The notes: generated by a model not told the origin, from the sequence alone. Counted from the first letter of the stretch, positions 25,522 through 37,101 are shown. The stretch is 64,000 nucleotides of DNA from Cyanophora paradoxa CCMP329 (GCA_004431415.1 QPMI01000262.1:1-64000), one strand, 5' to 3'. Numbers and translations are program-made.

Positions 25522-27080
25522 CTAGAGGGCGGGGGTGCGGGGCGCGGGGGCGGCGCCCGCGGGGATGTCGAAGCGGGGACCCGGAGGGGCTCGCAATCGA
25601 GGCGGCGGGCGAGGCGTGGGGAGCTCGAGGCCGATGTCGCCCTCCGCGCGCCCCCGCCGGGGCCCCGCCGCGGGGGCCGGGGCGGGGGCTGGGGCGGGGC
25701 TGGGGCGGGGCGGGAGGAGGGCGCGGAGGCGGTTGTGGAGGGCGAAGCGGCGCAGGCCGCGGGGGTCGCCGTCCCCCGCGAGGAGCCCCGCGAGCCCCGC
25801 CCCGCCCCGCCGCCTCGCGCTCGGCCTCGGGGCCTCGGGCACGGGCTCGAGGCGGCGCGGCGGCGGCCGCCGCGCGGGGCCGGGCAGCTGGTGCGCGGCG
25901 AGCAGGCGCAGGAGGCCGCGGGCGCCGCAGCAGCCGGGGACGACCTCGGGCGCGGCGCGCATGCGGGGCGCCTCGCGGTCGGGCGAGGGGGCGGAGGGCG
26001 GCGGCGGGCCAGGGGGTCCCCGCCGTGGTGAGGGCGGCGCTGAGGCCGAAGAGGAAGAGGGTGGGGAGGTCGTCGGGGAGGCCGGCGCCGGCGGCCAGGA
26101 GGCGCAGGGGCACGGCCGCCGGCTCGCGGGCGGCGGCGGCGGCCCAGCCGGCCGCCAGCGCCTCCAGGCTCCCCTCGAACGCCTCCCGCGTCATCGCCCC
26201 CAGACCCCGCGAGTCCACCGCCCCTGCACCCCGGCCCCATCCCCGTCAGCGCGGATCGGGGAGATCGATCGCGAGGGGGTGGGGCCCTCGCACAGTTGGC
26301 GCAGGCGAGGGAGGCGGAGTGGTGGGGGTCGGGGGGCGGCGGGGCTGGAGATGGCGCGGTGGAGGCCGCTGTGGAAGGCGAGGTAGCGCGGGAAGTCCAT
26401 TGAGCGCGCCCCCAGCGCCGCCGCCACCGCCCGCCCCGCCCCCGCGCCGCCCCGGCCCCCGCCCCCGAGGCCGCGAGGTCGCCGGGGCCGCGGGCTGAGG
26501 CCTCCCAGATGTTGAGGACGAGGCGGGCGCGGAGGGCCGGGGGTCGAGCTCGGGGCCTCGAGGGGGGGCGGGGCGGGGGTGCGGGGCCGCCGGGCTCGCG
26601 ATCGAGGGCGAGGGAGTTGGAGCGGGAGCTCGCGCGGGAGCTCGCCGCCGACGAGGCGGCGCTCGCCATCGACCCCGCGCTCTTCGGGGAGAGCAGCTGC
26701 GCCCCGCGGCCGGGGCCCCGGTGAGGCCTAGGCCTCCTTGCGGCAGGGCCGCGCGCGGGCGGGACGGTGCGGGGGCGCACCTCGGGGAGCTCCGAGTCGG
26801 ACTCGCTGCTCACGCACAGCGCCGCCTCCGGCTCCGGCGACTCCTCCCCCGGCGACCGGCGCGCTCGAGCTCGGCGCCCGCGCCCCGACTCCGCGCCCTT
26901 GCAATTGACAGTGCAATTGATCCGCGGCAAGGCGGTCATGCATATGGCCATGGGCGCGGCTGCAGCTGCGGTCTCGGCCGCGGCACCGGTACCAAGCGCC
27001 GGCCCGGAGCCAGCGGCCGCGGGCGCTTTCCGGGCGGGAGCGAGGCCCAGGGACAGCTTCTTGATCCTCCCGAGATCCAT
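25522..27080 (-). CDS. Hypothetical protein, multi-exon
   Basis: Host-like exon/intron pattern. Segments MDLGRIKKLSLGL, ASSAASSRASSRSNSLALDRE, RARLVLNIWE, MDFPRYLAFHSGLHRAI, DSRGLGAMTREAFEGSLEALA, LRRFALHNRLRAL. No family recognised. Confidence 0.55.
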
Positions 27081-27657
27081 TAATATATCACAGCAACCGT
27101 CTTCGGCCGCGCGCAAGAGAACGAGGGTCGAAATTTTCCTGCGCAAATCGAACGTGGCTGTAAGCTTAAGGAGCGCGCCTGCAATGCGGCAGGGCGCGCG
27201 CTCGGATCACGGCGCGTGCGCGCGCCCTGGGCGCTCCGGCGCGGCGCACCAGTTTCGCAGAGCTCGAGTCTTTGACAGCCTGGGAGTTTGATCCGTCTAC
27301 CGCAGTACCTTTCGAAGCTAAAACCGTCGGAAGACGAGCTCGAGTATGTGTCCGCGTGCGCGGTGCTGGCGCTATGCGCTCCGGCTCCTCTAGATCTAGA
27401 TCCGATCTTCAAGGCTTCGAATTCACGAAATTCGAAGTAGTCGCGCGCGCGCTCCAGTCTGCATATCCGAGATCGCGATGATCGATCCGCGCCGCGGACC
27501 GCGAGCAGCGCCGGCGCTCAGCTGCAGGGCCGGCGCCTAGCGCGGCGAGCGCGCATGCGCAAATTCAGCAGCGCAATGCGCATGTGTACCGGACCACTAC
27601 CGGTATATATTATAACTTAGTAAGGCGGTATATATACCGTACCGATATCGATCGATA

Positions 27658-27912
27658 CCGTAATACACAATATTATGTCATGCAAATTTATGTCGTTTTA
27701 AAACCCGAGCCTTCTCTATGCGAAATATGACGTCCCCAAATTATGTCGGCATGAACTTTTCAGGCTTGTATGGGGCGGTAAAAGTGGGGGGATACCTCAT
27801 TGCGCGCCCCATTATCATCGACGTCCCCAAATTATGTCGTTTTGTCAAACTTTAGGCGACATAATTTCGGGACGACATAATAAAGTACAGACCTTAATAT
27901 TGTGCATTACGG
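27658..27912. mobile_element. MITE with TA target-site duplication (Tc1/mariner-pogo type)
   Basis: TA|CCGTAATACACAATATTA ... TAATATTGTGCATTACGG|TA (18-bp TIR, 1 mismatch). Internal repeats GACGTCCCCAAATTATGTCG x2 and inverted GACATAA motifs. Confidence 0.85.
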
Positions 27913-28124
27913 TATACTTAGTGGCGAGTCACTGGCGAGTCAGTGGCGACACTAGTACTAGTACTGGCGAGCGGGATAATGCCGGGATTATCGGGATTCC
28001 CGGGATCGGAATCATTGCAAGCTATAGCTAGTTCGAGTCGGTACTACTCGGTAGCAGGGCCTAAGCAGGCTACTAAAGCTAGCATGCATATGGCGCCGGC
28101 CGGGAGCTGTATACGTACTACAGT

Positions 28125-28833
28125 CAGTGATGGAATTAATAATTAACCCAAAAATGGGACTTTATAAGAATCATTATTAATAGTTAATAATTAGTTATTA
28201 GTTGATTATTAATTACTTTCTCATACAAAACGCGCTCTAAGGCAAACTGAGGGCGCCCCGCTGCGTTCTGTCGATGCCAGACCATGCAAACACACTCCAA
28301 TTAGGCATACAAAGCATGCTAGACTGCCAGGCTATGTGCTCACATGCTATCTTCCTCCTCTTCAAGAGCAGAAGCTAGGAGAGAGGGGCCCTCCCCCACG
28401 TAATCGTCACCGAACTCGACGTCATCGGGCAGGGCGTGGCGGGAATGGAGGCCGACGGGGCGGAGGAGGCTCTGGATGCTCTCCATGGGGTCGCCCGCCT
28501 CGTCGTCGGAGTCGTTCAGAATGAAGTCCAGCATCGACTTGCGCGGCGCGGGCGGCGCCATGGCCGGGGCCGCGGGGGCGACGGCAGCCGAGCTGGAGGC
28601 GGCGACAGGCACGAGGGCGCGCGAACTGGAGCTGGGGCCAGCAAGTCGTTGCACAGCGCGGCGCAGCGTAGGAGCGCGTAGCTGCGAAGAGCAACGCTGC
28701 GAACAAGTGTACCCCCCAAAACTTTTAACAGTTATTAATAAGAATGGCTGTTCGGGGACCTTATTAATAACGCATTATTAATTAGTTATTAATTAACTAA
28801 TAAAAAACGTTATCAATAACATTCCCATCACTG
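28125..28833. mobile_element. Non-autonomous hAT-type element (709 bp)
   Basis: TIRs CAGTGATGG(G)AAT, a perfect 8-bp TSD ACTACAGT (28117-28124 and 28834-28841), and AT-rich subterminal TTATTAA repeats. Confidence 0.88.
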
Positions 28834-29424
28834 ACTACAGTCTACAGTACTATACTGAGTAGCTGGCATTTGCTGCTAATTATATAATAGCCTGCTATAG
28901 GCTATAGCTGCCGCAGTGCGCATGCTAGCTTTAGTAGCCTGTTACCGACTCGAACGGACTCGTACCAATCATATATACGCTTTTGCGCTCGCAAAGGGGG
29001 TACTTTAAAACATTTACTATACGAAAAGAAAACAAGTAAGAAAAAAGCAATGGAGCAAAAAATCCTAAAAAAATGCAATGCGGAGCTAGGTACCGGTGCG
29101 CATGTCCCGGATCCGGCGCGAATTCCGGGACCCGGGTCCGGCTATTCAGCGTCAATTCAATATGTGTTCGATTTCTCCATCATTTATAAATTACAGTGTC
29201 AGACTGCAATTTCTGCAAATTCTGTCTGCAATGTCACTGCATGTCACTGTGACTCACTGAGTCAGCTCAATGGTTTGATTTTCATCATGGATCGCATATG
29301 ATTGAGCCCGAGGCACTCGCGATCGATCAGCCCGTCTATCGGAATTCGAAAACACTTCCGAAGTTCAATATTTAATACTAACATATGCATACAGGCTTTA
29401 TTATTACAGAGCCCGAATATTATT

Positions 29425-30572
29425 TGGCCTGCCCCGACGGCGCTCGGCCTGCCCTCGCGGGGCGCTGTGCATATACCGTCCCGGGCGGCCCGTCGAGCGG
29501 CCAGGAAGAGACATGGCGCTTTTTAGTGTTGCTGCACTGGCAGCGTGCCTGCGCCACCGTTTCTCGCTTTTCCGCCTGCGCCGGGCCGCCATGGCGCGCG
29601 CCCGCCTCACTCTCCTCGCCCCAGGCCTCAGGTTCTTGCTCCATCGATCCACCCCCGCCCCCGCCCCGCCCCCGCCCCCGGCCCCCGTCGCCCGGCCCTC
29701 CCTGCCAGGCGGCGACCCGGGCTCTGGTCCACCTCCTCTCTGGCCCTGCAAATGCGGCGACCCCACCCCCCCCCCCCCCCCCCCCGCCGGCATGGCCGTG
29801 GCCACGGCCGCGGCCCCCGCCATCCTGACCCTCCCGATCCCCGCGCCAGCGGTGTGCGGCAGCGCGACCCGTGGCCGCGTCGGCGGCGGCCACGGGGTGG
29901 GCCTCCCACCTTGACGACGGCGAACACTAGCAGAGACGGCCCCTGCGGCCGGGCGTCCTCATTTCCTTTTTGTATTCGGGCCTTCCCCTCCCTTCCTCCG
30001 TTCCGCTCCGTTCCTCGGCCTCAGCCAGCTATAGCGCCGCTAGCAGTACCTATTATGTAGAGCCCCATCGAATTTTTAGATGATTACGTCGACTACAAAC
30101 TCATGTACATAGCCGTAGGGACCAGCCAGTGCTTATTTTCAGTCGATGTCCCACTTCGCCTCACCGCCCACTAGTCTCTCCCGACGCCGACAGCATTCCG
30201 GAGACGAGCACCTGGCGCCCGTTAGGGGGCGTCAGCTCTACTCGCCGCGTGGCGGACTAGGTTCGCGGGGCGGCCCCTGGCTGCCCTGACGCACCAGCCC
30301 TCTAGAGGGCGTCCCCATGCCCCGACGGGTCCGGTCCGGCACGCTTTTATATATGCATACCTCGTAGATCTACGACATCGCCTCAGTTCATCGATATCTG
30401 TGCGATCGGTTTTCCACCTCGGCTTCTAGCACTATCACCTGTACATATACCTCTTCATAGTGGCCCCGCGCCCCCGCTGTCTGGGGCGGGCGCCAGTAGA
30501 GTAGCACGCCTCGGTCACGTAGATAGAGGTGTGCTTGAATAACGCAAACGACCCCGGCGGGGTCCCCTCCTG
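29425..30572. mobile_element. Unclassified 1.15-kb insertion flanked by 16-bp direct repeats
   Basis: GAGCCCGAATATTATT at 29409-29424 and 30573-30588. GC-richer interior with no recognisable ORF. Confidence 0.45.
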
Positions 30573-31417
30573 GAGCCCGAATATTATTACAGCGCAGGCC
30601 TATTAAAATATTAGCTAGTAGACTGCAGTCTGCAGGCTGCAGCTGCCTAGTAAGTGGCTACTAGTAGCCTGCTCAGCGCCATAGAGCAAATTAAAATACT
30701 GCGGTACCAAGTTAATATTACCGCGTTTTATATTTTGAGTCTTGTATACGTAATGGGCGGTGATTTGGCCGATTTGGGGGCCTCGCCGCGGCGATTCCTC
30801 GCGATCGATACATATATCGATATCGCGCCGTCGGAGACTCCGGATCCGAGGCTCCTCCGACTCCTCCGAGTCTCGGCGACCTGAGCAGAGGCTGCTCGAC
30901 TCGGCGATCGAATTGCTCGACTCGGCGATCGAATTCGGACTCTCGATCGCGAATTTCGGAGGCTGCCTTAAATTGGGCCCTTCAATTCCCGCCGCAATTT
31001 CCCGGGCCTTAATGCGAGCCTCGGAGCTTTACATAATTACATTCAGCCTTCATGTTCAATTCAGCCCTTTTTTCCTGAAGCCGAAGTCTAGGCCCGAAGA
31101 GATATATCGAGTCAATAATCGACAAGGTTTTGTTCGCGGCAAGCCATTGGACGCAAATACTTTTTTAGGTGGTTTTAATGGCGCCCGACGAATCGGCGAC
31201 GATCTGAGTCATCTGAAGATTCTGAACCCCCTCGAAATTATAAGCCATGGCCAAATCAGAATTCGAATTCGAAGTCCAAAAACGCCATTGGTCGCAGTTT
31301 CGTTTCCAAGCGCGCCGTTGGTTCCTGGAAAATTGCAGTTGCAAACATTTGCATACATGTGTACATGTGAATCACTGTGAAATTGTGAATGAGTGCGCAT
31401 CCACGCAGCTGCCATCA

Positions 31418-31925
31418 TTGGGGAAGGACCCGATCGGGGCGGAGGCGCGGCGGGCGGCGGCGCGGCTCGCCGTGCGGGGCGGAGGCCCTCCTGAGGCGCG
31501 GCGGGCGGCGGCGCGGCTCGCCGATCGGGGCGGATCCGGGAGGCACGGCGGGTGGCGGCGCGGCGCGCAGGGCAAATTGTCCCATTCCCGCACGGCTTCT
31601 TGTTCCAGGTATACGCCTAGTGAGCATTTGCTGCAGCCTGCAGACTCTGAGATGCTGTCTTTGTTGAATAAGACCACATGGCCACCTTGCACGAGCAGGG
31701 GGCGGGGGCGAGTCGAAGACTGATTGACCTGCTTGTCCTCTTCCGGTCCCACGAGCTCGATTGCGAGCCCGGCCGACCGTCCCAGTTGCAATTACAGGCG
31801 TTCGGGCAGCTCAGCGGCCGCAGAGTCAGCGGCTAATTTTATAACCTGACCTTTCCTGCTCAACCGTTAGAGGTCCTTCCCCTCCAACAGGGGCAGTGCA
31901 ACTGCAGTGTCCCTGTTCCGTTCAT
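31418..31925 (+). mobile_element. Internally deleted Helentron/HLE2 element, copy D
   Basis: The 5' terminus TTGGGGAAGGACC joins directly to the minisatellite. The 3' part, subterminal IR and hairpin match copies B and C. Confidence 0.8.
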
Positions 31926-32274
31926 ATTGCACTGCGGCATGCGCAACTTGCAATCCGATCCGATATCGATCCGATATCGATGACCTGTACATGTTAAATA
32001 TGATTTGGGACTCTGATATATAGACATATATATTTCGTCAAAGGGAGGGCAAGATCTAGATTTTATAACCCACCAATTAACGGGCTGCAGCTGTTCAACT
32101 GTGAAGTCAAGATGATTTAGTGTTACACGTGCACGGTATCGATCGCGATCGCTGGACTCAGTGGATTCGCTGCACTTATCACAGTGTGTCATTTCGCAAT
32201 CTCATCGGATCATGATTCATGATCCGATGATCACCGGGATGTTTGTTTCAAGTTTGCAATGCCAATGACATGGC

Positions 32275-32449
32275 AAAAAAATGTAAATTGGGCATACTGC
32301 CCCACGAAATTATATATGGTAATAAAATCGAATAAACTTTAAACTTTTCGATATTCCACAAACGTTTCGACAAAACCAAATCAAAAACAAACCATTCACA
32401 GTAACCACACAAAACAAAACGTAAAATCTCAGTAAGCCTCAGTAACAAC
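32275..32449 (+). repeat. Left terminal inverted repeat of the virus
   Basis: AAAAAAATGTAAATTGGGCATACTGCCCC...CAGTAACAAC; reverse complement of 43468-43643. Confidence 0.97.
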
Positions 32450-32818
32450 TTAAAACCTCTCATTTTTTACTGTATTTTTTGAACGCTTTTTTACTGTATT
32501 TTCTACACTAGAAATGACGATAGAAACGACAATAAAAACAATAGAATTTAAATTGTTTTTTAATCGTATATATGTCAATATATCAATGTAGTATATATGA
32601 TATATATCATGTAAAATCGATTTATAGTCAAACCTATAACATATCGATTTGTGTATATGTGATATATATATATATGACGTCATAATGACGATACATATGT
32701 ATATGATATATATGACATACCACGTGACTCGGGAGATCATGACGATCACGGCGATGTGTTCATTATCATATGCATGACTTGGACCAATCAGCTATCGATG
32801 ACTCTTCTGTGGCTCACA

Positions 32819-33070
32819 GGTGGCTCATCGATAGATCAATGGGTCTTATCACATCATCGGTGGCTCATCGATAGATCAATAGGTCTTATCATATCATAGG
32901 TGGCTCATCGATGGATCAATGGGTCATACAACATTATCGATCTCGGATCGATAGATGAATGGTTCAATATTTTTCAATGGTTGAGTTTCGTAGTATATAC
33001 TCGTAGTATAAACTTGTAGTATAATTCCATAGTATAAATCCGTAGTATATACTCGTAGTTGATACTCGTC
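32819..33070. repeat. Tandem repeats in the viral non-coding left arm
   Basis: 40-bp unit GGTGGCTCATCGATAGATCAATGGGTCTTATCACATCATC starting at 32819, 32859 and 32899. It is followed by ~13-bp GTAGTATA-core repeats (32988-33070). Confidence 0.85.
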
Positions 33071-33301
33071 GTAGAAACCCCAGGAATAACTTGAACCGGG
33101 GTATATATTTGTTCGACATTTCGTCGAAATTTCGGTAAATCGATTATCGGCATCTTCAAACGCTTGTATCTCACCACCAGATGGTCAACTCGCAACGTTT
33201 TGCATAGCGTTTTGAAGCGCTTGTTAAGCTCTACACAACTACGTAATCATCGTATTATTTCAAGCTACCTTGTCATACAATATTTCTCACAAATCGTCCT
33301 T

Positions 33302-34060
33302 TCACACACTGATTGTGGTCATTTCTCGTTGGATCCGAGCCATCTGACCCCTTTTAATTGCTTTTCTCTTCACAAACTTCTTAAAGCCCTTCATATCATC
33401 ATCAGTTAGTACTGCTCTATCAGTATAGGTCTTGATATCATAACCTTGCAGGCTCGCTATGACAGTTTGATAATTATAGCCCCATAGTCTATGCAATTCC
33501 TTGTAGGTCTTCTTATCCATTCCACCATTGTACTCATCAAAGGCGCAATTGAACTCTTTTTCGTTCCCAAGAATATTGAAAAAGACTACGAACTCAACAT
33601 TTCGACGAATCGTAGTAGAAATAGAGCATAAACGCTGAACATTAAATATTACCGAGATTGAATAATGTCTTCCACTCGTGACCAATTTAGATAACACAGC
33701 CGAATTGTGCATATCCAAATTTGAACCTATCATGTCATCGAGTATGATGACTAGGTTATTTCGCTTTTCGTTATTCTCGATTCGTTTCTTTTGCATACTG
33801 ATCAATCTCAAAACAATGTTATCATCCCATTCCTCATAGATGTTATCGGGATGGGTGATGTCATTGAATTGCCCAGTAAAAGCTGTGGAACTAAATATTA
33901 CAATCTGATCTATCTTGTCACGAAGCTCGTAAAGTAAGTATTTTGTAAACATTGTCTTACCTGTATTGGAGCGACCAACATTTAAAATTCTCGTTGGGAT
34001 TCGAACTGTCTTACTCGGATCGAACTCCGGAATATCATCTAAGTTTACTGTGTTATCCAT
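33302..34060 (-). CDS. A32-like (FtsK/HerA) genome-packaging ATPase
   Basis: Walker A ILNVGRSNTGKT, Walker B VIILDD, and the A32 motifs SGRHYSIS and NVQ..STTIRRN. Confidence 0.95.
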   Translation of the reverse strand: MDNTVNLDDIPEFDPSKTVRIPTRILNVGRSNTGKTMFTKYLLYELRDKIDQIVIFSSTAFTGQFNDITHPDNIYEEWDDNIVLRLISMQKKRIENNEKRNNLVIILDDMIGSNLDMHNSAVLSKLVTSGRHYSISVIFNVQRLCSISTTIRRNVEFVVFFNILGNEKEFNCAFDEYNGGMDKKTYKELHRLWGYNYQTVIASLQGYDIKTYTDRAVLTDDDMKGFKKFVKRKAIKRGQMARIQREMTTISV

Positions 34061-34138
34061 TACAGTAATAAGATAAAAAACAAAATAAACCCTTACCTAC
34101 TAATTTTGCGCTTCCTACTCTAACGAAAGAAAAGAACT

Positions 34139-35364
34139 TTAGAAGTTCGAGACTTTCAGGGTAGAGATGTTGTAGCCATTTAGGACCATAACATTGTGTC
34201 GTAGGGCATAGATGTCAACCTGAACAGGAGCAGCATCAGTGCATCCCGAAACAGTGAGATCCATGTAACTCGAGCTGCTGTTGAAGAAATCCTGGTAACC
34301 CATAACCGAGTTCCGAAGCGAATCTTTTCCGGACTTGGAAAGAACAATTCCATAAACATTTCCAGACTCGAATCCGTACGTGGTATTGCCCACAGTAACA
34401 CCCTTGTAGTGAGAAGGAATGTGATTGACAGCAGAGAGGAAACCGGAAATGGGTTTGTTAGATATATCCAGGGAGCGATTGTTGTGGAAGATCTGGAACT
34501 GATCAATCTTAACAGCAGATTCATGACCGCAGAAATCCGAGTGAGTGTAGGTGTTAAGTTTGTTCACCTCTCGAACAGTCATCAGAATCGAGTGAACCAG
34601 ACCAGAAACATTAGCGAGTGTAACCTCAACAGATTCACCAGCATCAGCGGTTTTGAGCGCTCGGGTCTTCTTGTGAATGACCTCTGTGATCGGGATGCGA
34701 ATGCCACCTTGTTCGTTTGCCATTTTAAGGAGTGTCTCAGCCTCAGCCGAAGCAATGTTTACGAATTGGCAGATCAGAGAGCAATCCGCAAAGGTTACAG
34801 ATCCACCAGCCGGAACTTGGACAATCGCAGCATCACGGAAATCAACCTCGATTGTTGGCATATCGGCTAGCGTACATAATGGGAAATAAGCTTCTTCCCA
34901 GAAAGCAGCGGGATTCTAACGATGTATTCCATTGCTTCATCTGTGCTTTCACGATCTGTCTCTTTGAAGTAACCGAGAGAAGCATACATGCTGCTCATGG
35001 TAGCGTGATCATTATCGACCAGGGCGTTTACAGTGATCCAATCACCAGGGATAATATACTTGAAACCACCATGAACGAAACGGACCTCATTAATAAAAGA
35101 AGAACCACCATTGGGGAGGGTGCAGGCTACACCACCACCAGTGGCAATCTTGAAATAGAGCGAAACACCAGCAAGGAGTTGCTTGCGAGGTAGATCAAAG
35201 TAAGCCGTATTCTTGAAGCCAAAAGTGTTGCCTCGGGGACGAACTTGCTCGAGGAATGGTTTGTATTTGGGGTTGGTTCCGATTTGGAGACCAGGGGAAA
35301 GATAAATTTGATCGGAACCGGAAGTTACGAGGAGTTCCTTCAGGGTAGTTCCAGTGAGTGCCAT
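34139..35364 (-). CDS. Double jelly-roll major capsid protein (~408 aa; one frameshift near 34905)
   Basis: The two track ORFs join as ...YIVRIPL|FWEEAYFPLCTLADMPTIEVDF... Beta-rich sequence with motifs GSDQIYL, FDLPR, GDWI and IYALRHNV. Lies between the ATPase and the penton. Confidence 0.85.
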
Positions 35365-35416
35365 CTCTTATGTTTAAAATACCAAAAGAAATTTTTAAAA
35401 TGCTTTATTAAACAGA
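35365..35416. promoter_or_regulatory. Putative bidirectional AT-rich promoter between MCP and penton
   Basis: 52-bp AT-rich spacer between divergent ATGs. Function is inferred from the arrangement only. Confidence 0.45.
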
Positions 35417-36304
35417 ATGACGCGTTACTATCTCAATATTGATTCCAGGGACCGATCGGATGGAACCCCAACTAATTTCACATACAGACTCCCTTATGCA
35501 ATCCAAAAGGTCAGAGCCTGTCGAGTAACGAACTTTGAGATGTTTCACAATCTTTACAACCTCTCTGAAGTAGGAACCCTCACCACACAAACACTCGATA
35601 ATGCTGGGAACCCAAAGAATAGAAACAACGAAGTCCTCCGAGGTGCATATACACCGGATTCACTGGTGAATTATCTGATCGCTCGCATTGGATCCCAGCC
35701 CTATAATCAAGCGGGTGGCGGAACTTACACTCGCCATTTCTATGTAACCTATGATCCCACAACATTGCTTCTAAGGTTCATGTGTGAGGTTCCATTCTCA
35801 ATCACTATGAACACTCAACTCTTAGCCAATTTCTGTGGTTTTGAAAATGCTAACACACTGTACCAATCGAGTCCTCTATCATCTAATGTCACAGTTGGAG
35901 CCTTTACTTATGCTCACTACATTGATAGTGAAATGCCATTAGATCTACTATTTAATTCCTATTTGCTTCTTCATGTTGATCCACTGAAAGGAAGATATGT
36001 GAGCAATAACAAACGAGATAACAATGCTATCGCGAAAATTGAGATTGACCAAACGGTTGGCAGTCTATTAAAATATGATTCATCGAATAATTCCATGATC
36101 GTTCACGAGCAGAATGGCTTGGTTGAGGTTGAGACTCTAGATGTGAGACTTTCTTACTGGAATGGAGCCACAGCAGACATTACTACCGACTGGTCGATGA
36201 CTCTTGAACTGATTACTGAAGATGATAAAGATCTGACGAAAAAAGCATTGAAGAATGTCATAAAAGAGTTGGAGGGACTCTACCTGCCGTTCTCACGGTC
36301 ATAG
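35417..36304 (+). CDS. Minor capsid protein (penton, single jelly roll)
   Basis: N-terminal YLNIDSRDR...PTNFTYRLP and C-terminal LDVRLSYWNG...DWSMTLEL, typical of PLV/NCLDV pentons. Confidence 0.88.
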   Translation: MTRYYLNIDSRDRSDGTPTNFTYRLPYAIQKVRACRVTNFEMFHNLYNLSEVGTLTTQTLDNAGNPKNRNNEVLRGAYTPDSLVNYLIARIGSQPYNQAGGGTYTRHFYVTYDPTTLLLRFMCEVPFSITMNTQLLANFCGFENANTLYQSSPLSSNVTVGAFTYAHYIDSEMPLDLLFNSYLLLHVDPLKGRYVSNNKRDNNAIAKIEIDQTVGSLLKYDSSNNSMIVHEQNGLVEVETLDVRLSYWNGATADITTDWSMTLELITEDDKDLTKKALKNVIKELEGLYLPFSRS

Positions 36305-36340
36305 GAAATACTGTAGAATAAATTTGTTTCAATATTACAA

Positions 36341-37101
36341 ATGGCTCGCAAGACTCAACCCAAGAATTTCTTAGCCAAACCAGCCGCTGAAGCGGATGTT
36401 GGCAATGGTGAGAATGGAAGGAACTGGTATAAGAAATCGAAAGGACTCGCTGCATACGGAACTGGTGACCTCGAAAAGGAAGTCCATAAAGAACGAAACC
36501 AATTCACCCAAGCCACTACGAAAAACAGTAATGATGATAATGCCCTTGTTGACCAAGTCCCACTGAACCGCATGCCCGGAGCCAAACGAGGAATCAAGAA
36601 AGGACAGTTCAAATCATCCACAAAGGACAAGGTTGCATCATCATCGACACTGCTGAAACTGCTTGATGGTGGTGAGCGACTCTACTCAACCTATTCGAGA
36701 AAGACCATCGCAACCGCTACTTTATTCGTTCAACCACTGGTGGACTGAAATCTGTAACATATCAGTATGCTAAGAGTCTTGTTGATGGTATTGCAGCAGA
36801 GACCAAAAACGAAAACAAGATCAAGGAACAGCCAATCACAAAGGAAAAGGTTGAGAAGAAACCAGAAGTAACCCATGAAGTTATTCCCGAACCTGTTCAT
36901 GTGGCAAAAGACTCACCTACAGAATTGATTGCAAAGACCATTGAGTATCAAGACTCCAACAAAACGGATTTGCCGGTTCTCAATAAGTCGATCCTTCGGG
37001 TTGCCACTTCACAGGCTGATCCAGTCAACTCGATTCCAAATGCTGCCCCAATGGTCTCTGGATTCGCCAAGCTTGGTATAAGACCCGGTTATCGCCGTTA
37101 A
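36341..37101 (+). CDS. Viral hypothetical protein (~253 aa; frameshift near 36675)
   Basis: ORF 36341 continues in another frame as ATLLNLFEKDHRNRYFIRSTTGGLKSV... into ORF 36901-37101. Basic N-terminus. Confidence 0.65.

Noticed and set aside
4819-27146. Many very long ORFs in the track (e.g. 4819-8097, 5682-8453, 11949-14288, 16122-18458)
   Set aside because: Arg/Pro/Gly/Ala-rich shadow frames caused by extreme GC content and stop-free introns. The real proteins are recovered by splicing in other frames.
32248-32463. Identical small ORFs at both viral ends (also 43466-43879)
   Set aside because: They are translations of the TIR that run into host DNA.
32819-32960. 40-bp repeats as a CRISPR-like array
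   Set aside because: The units are contiguous with no unique spacers, there are no cas genes, and the context is eukaryotic/viral.
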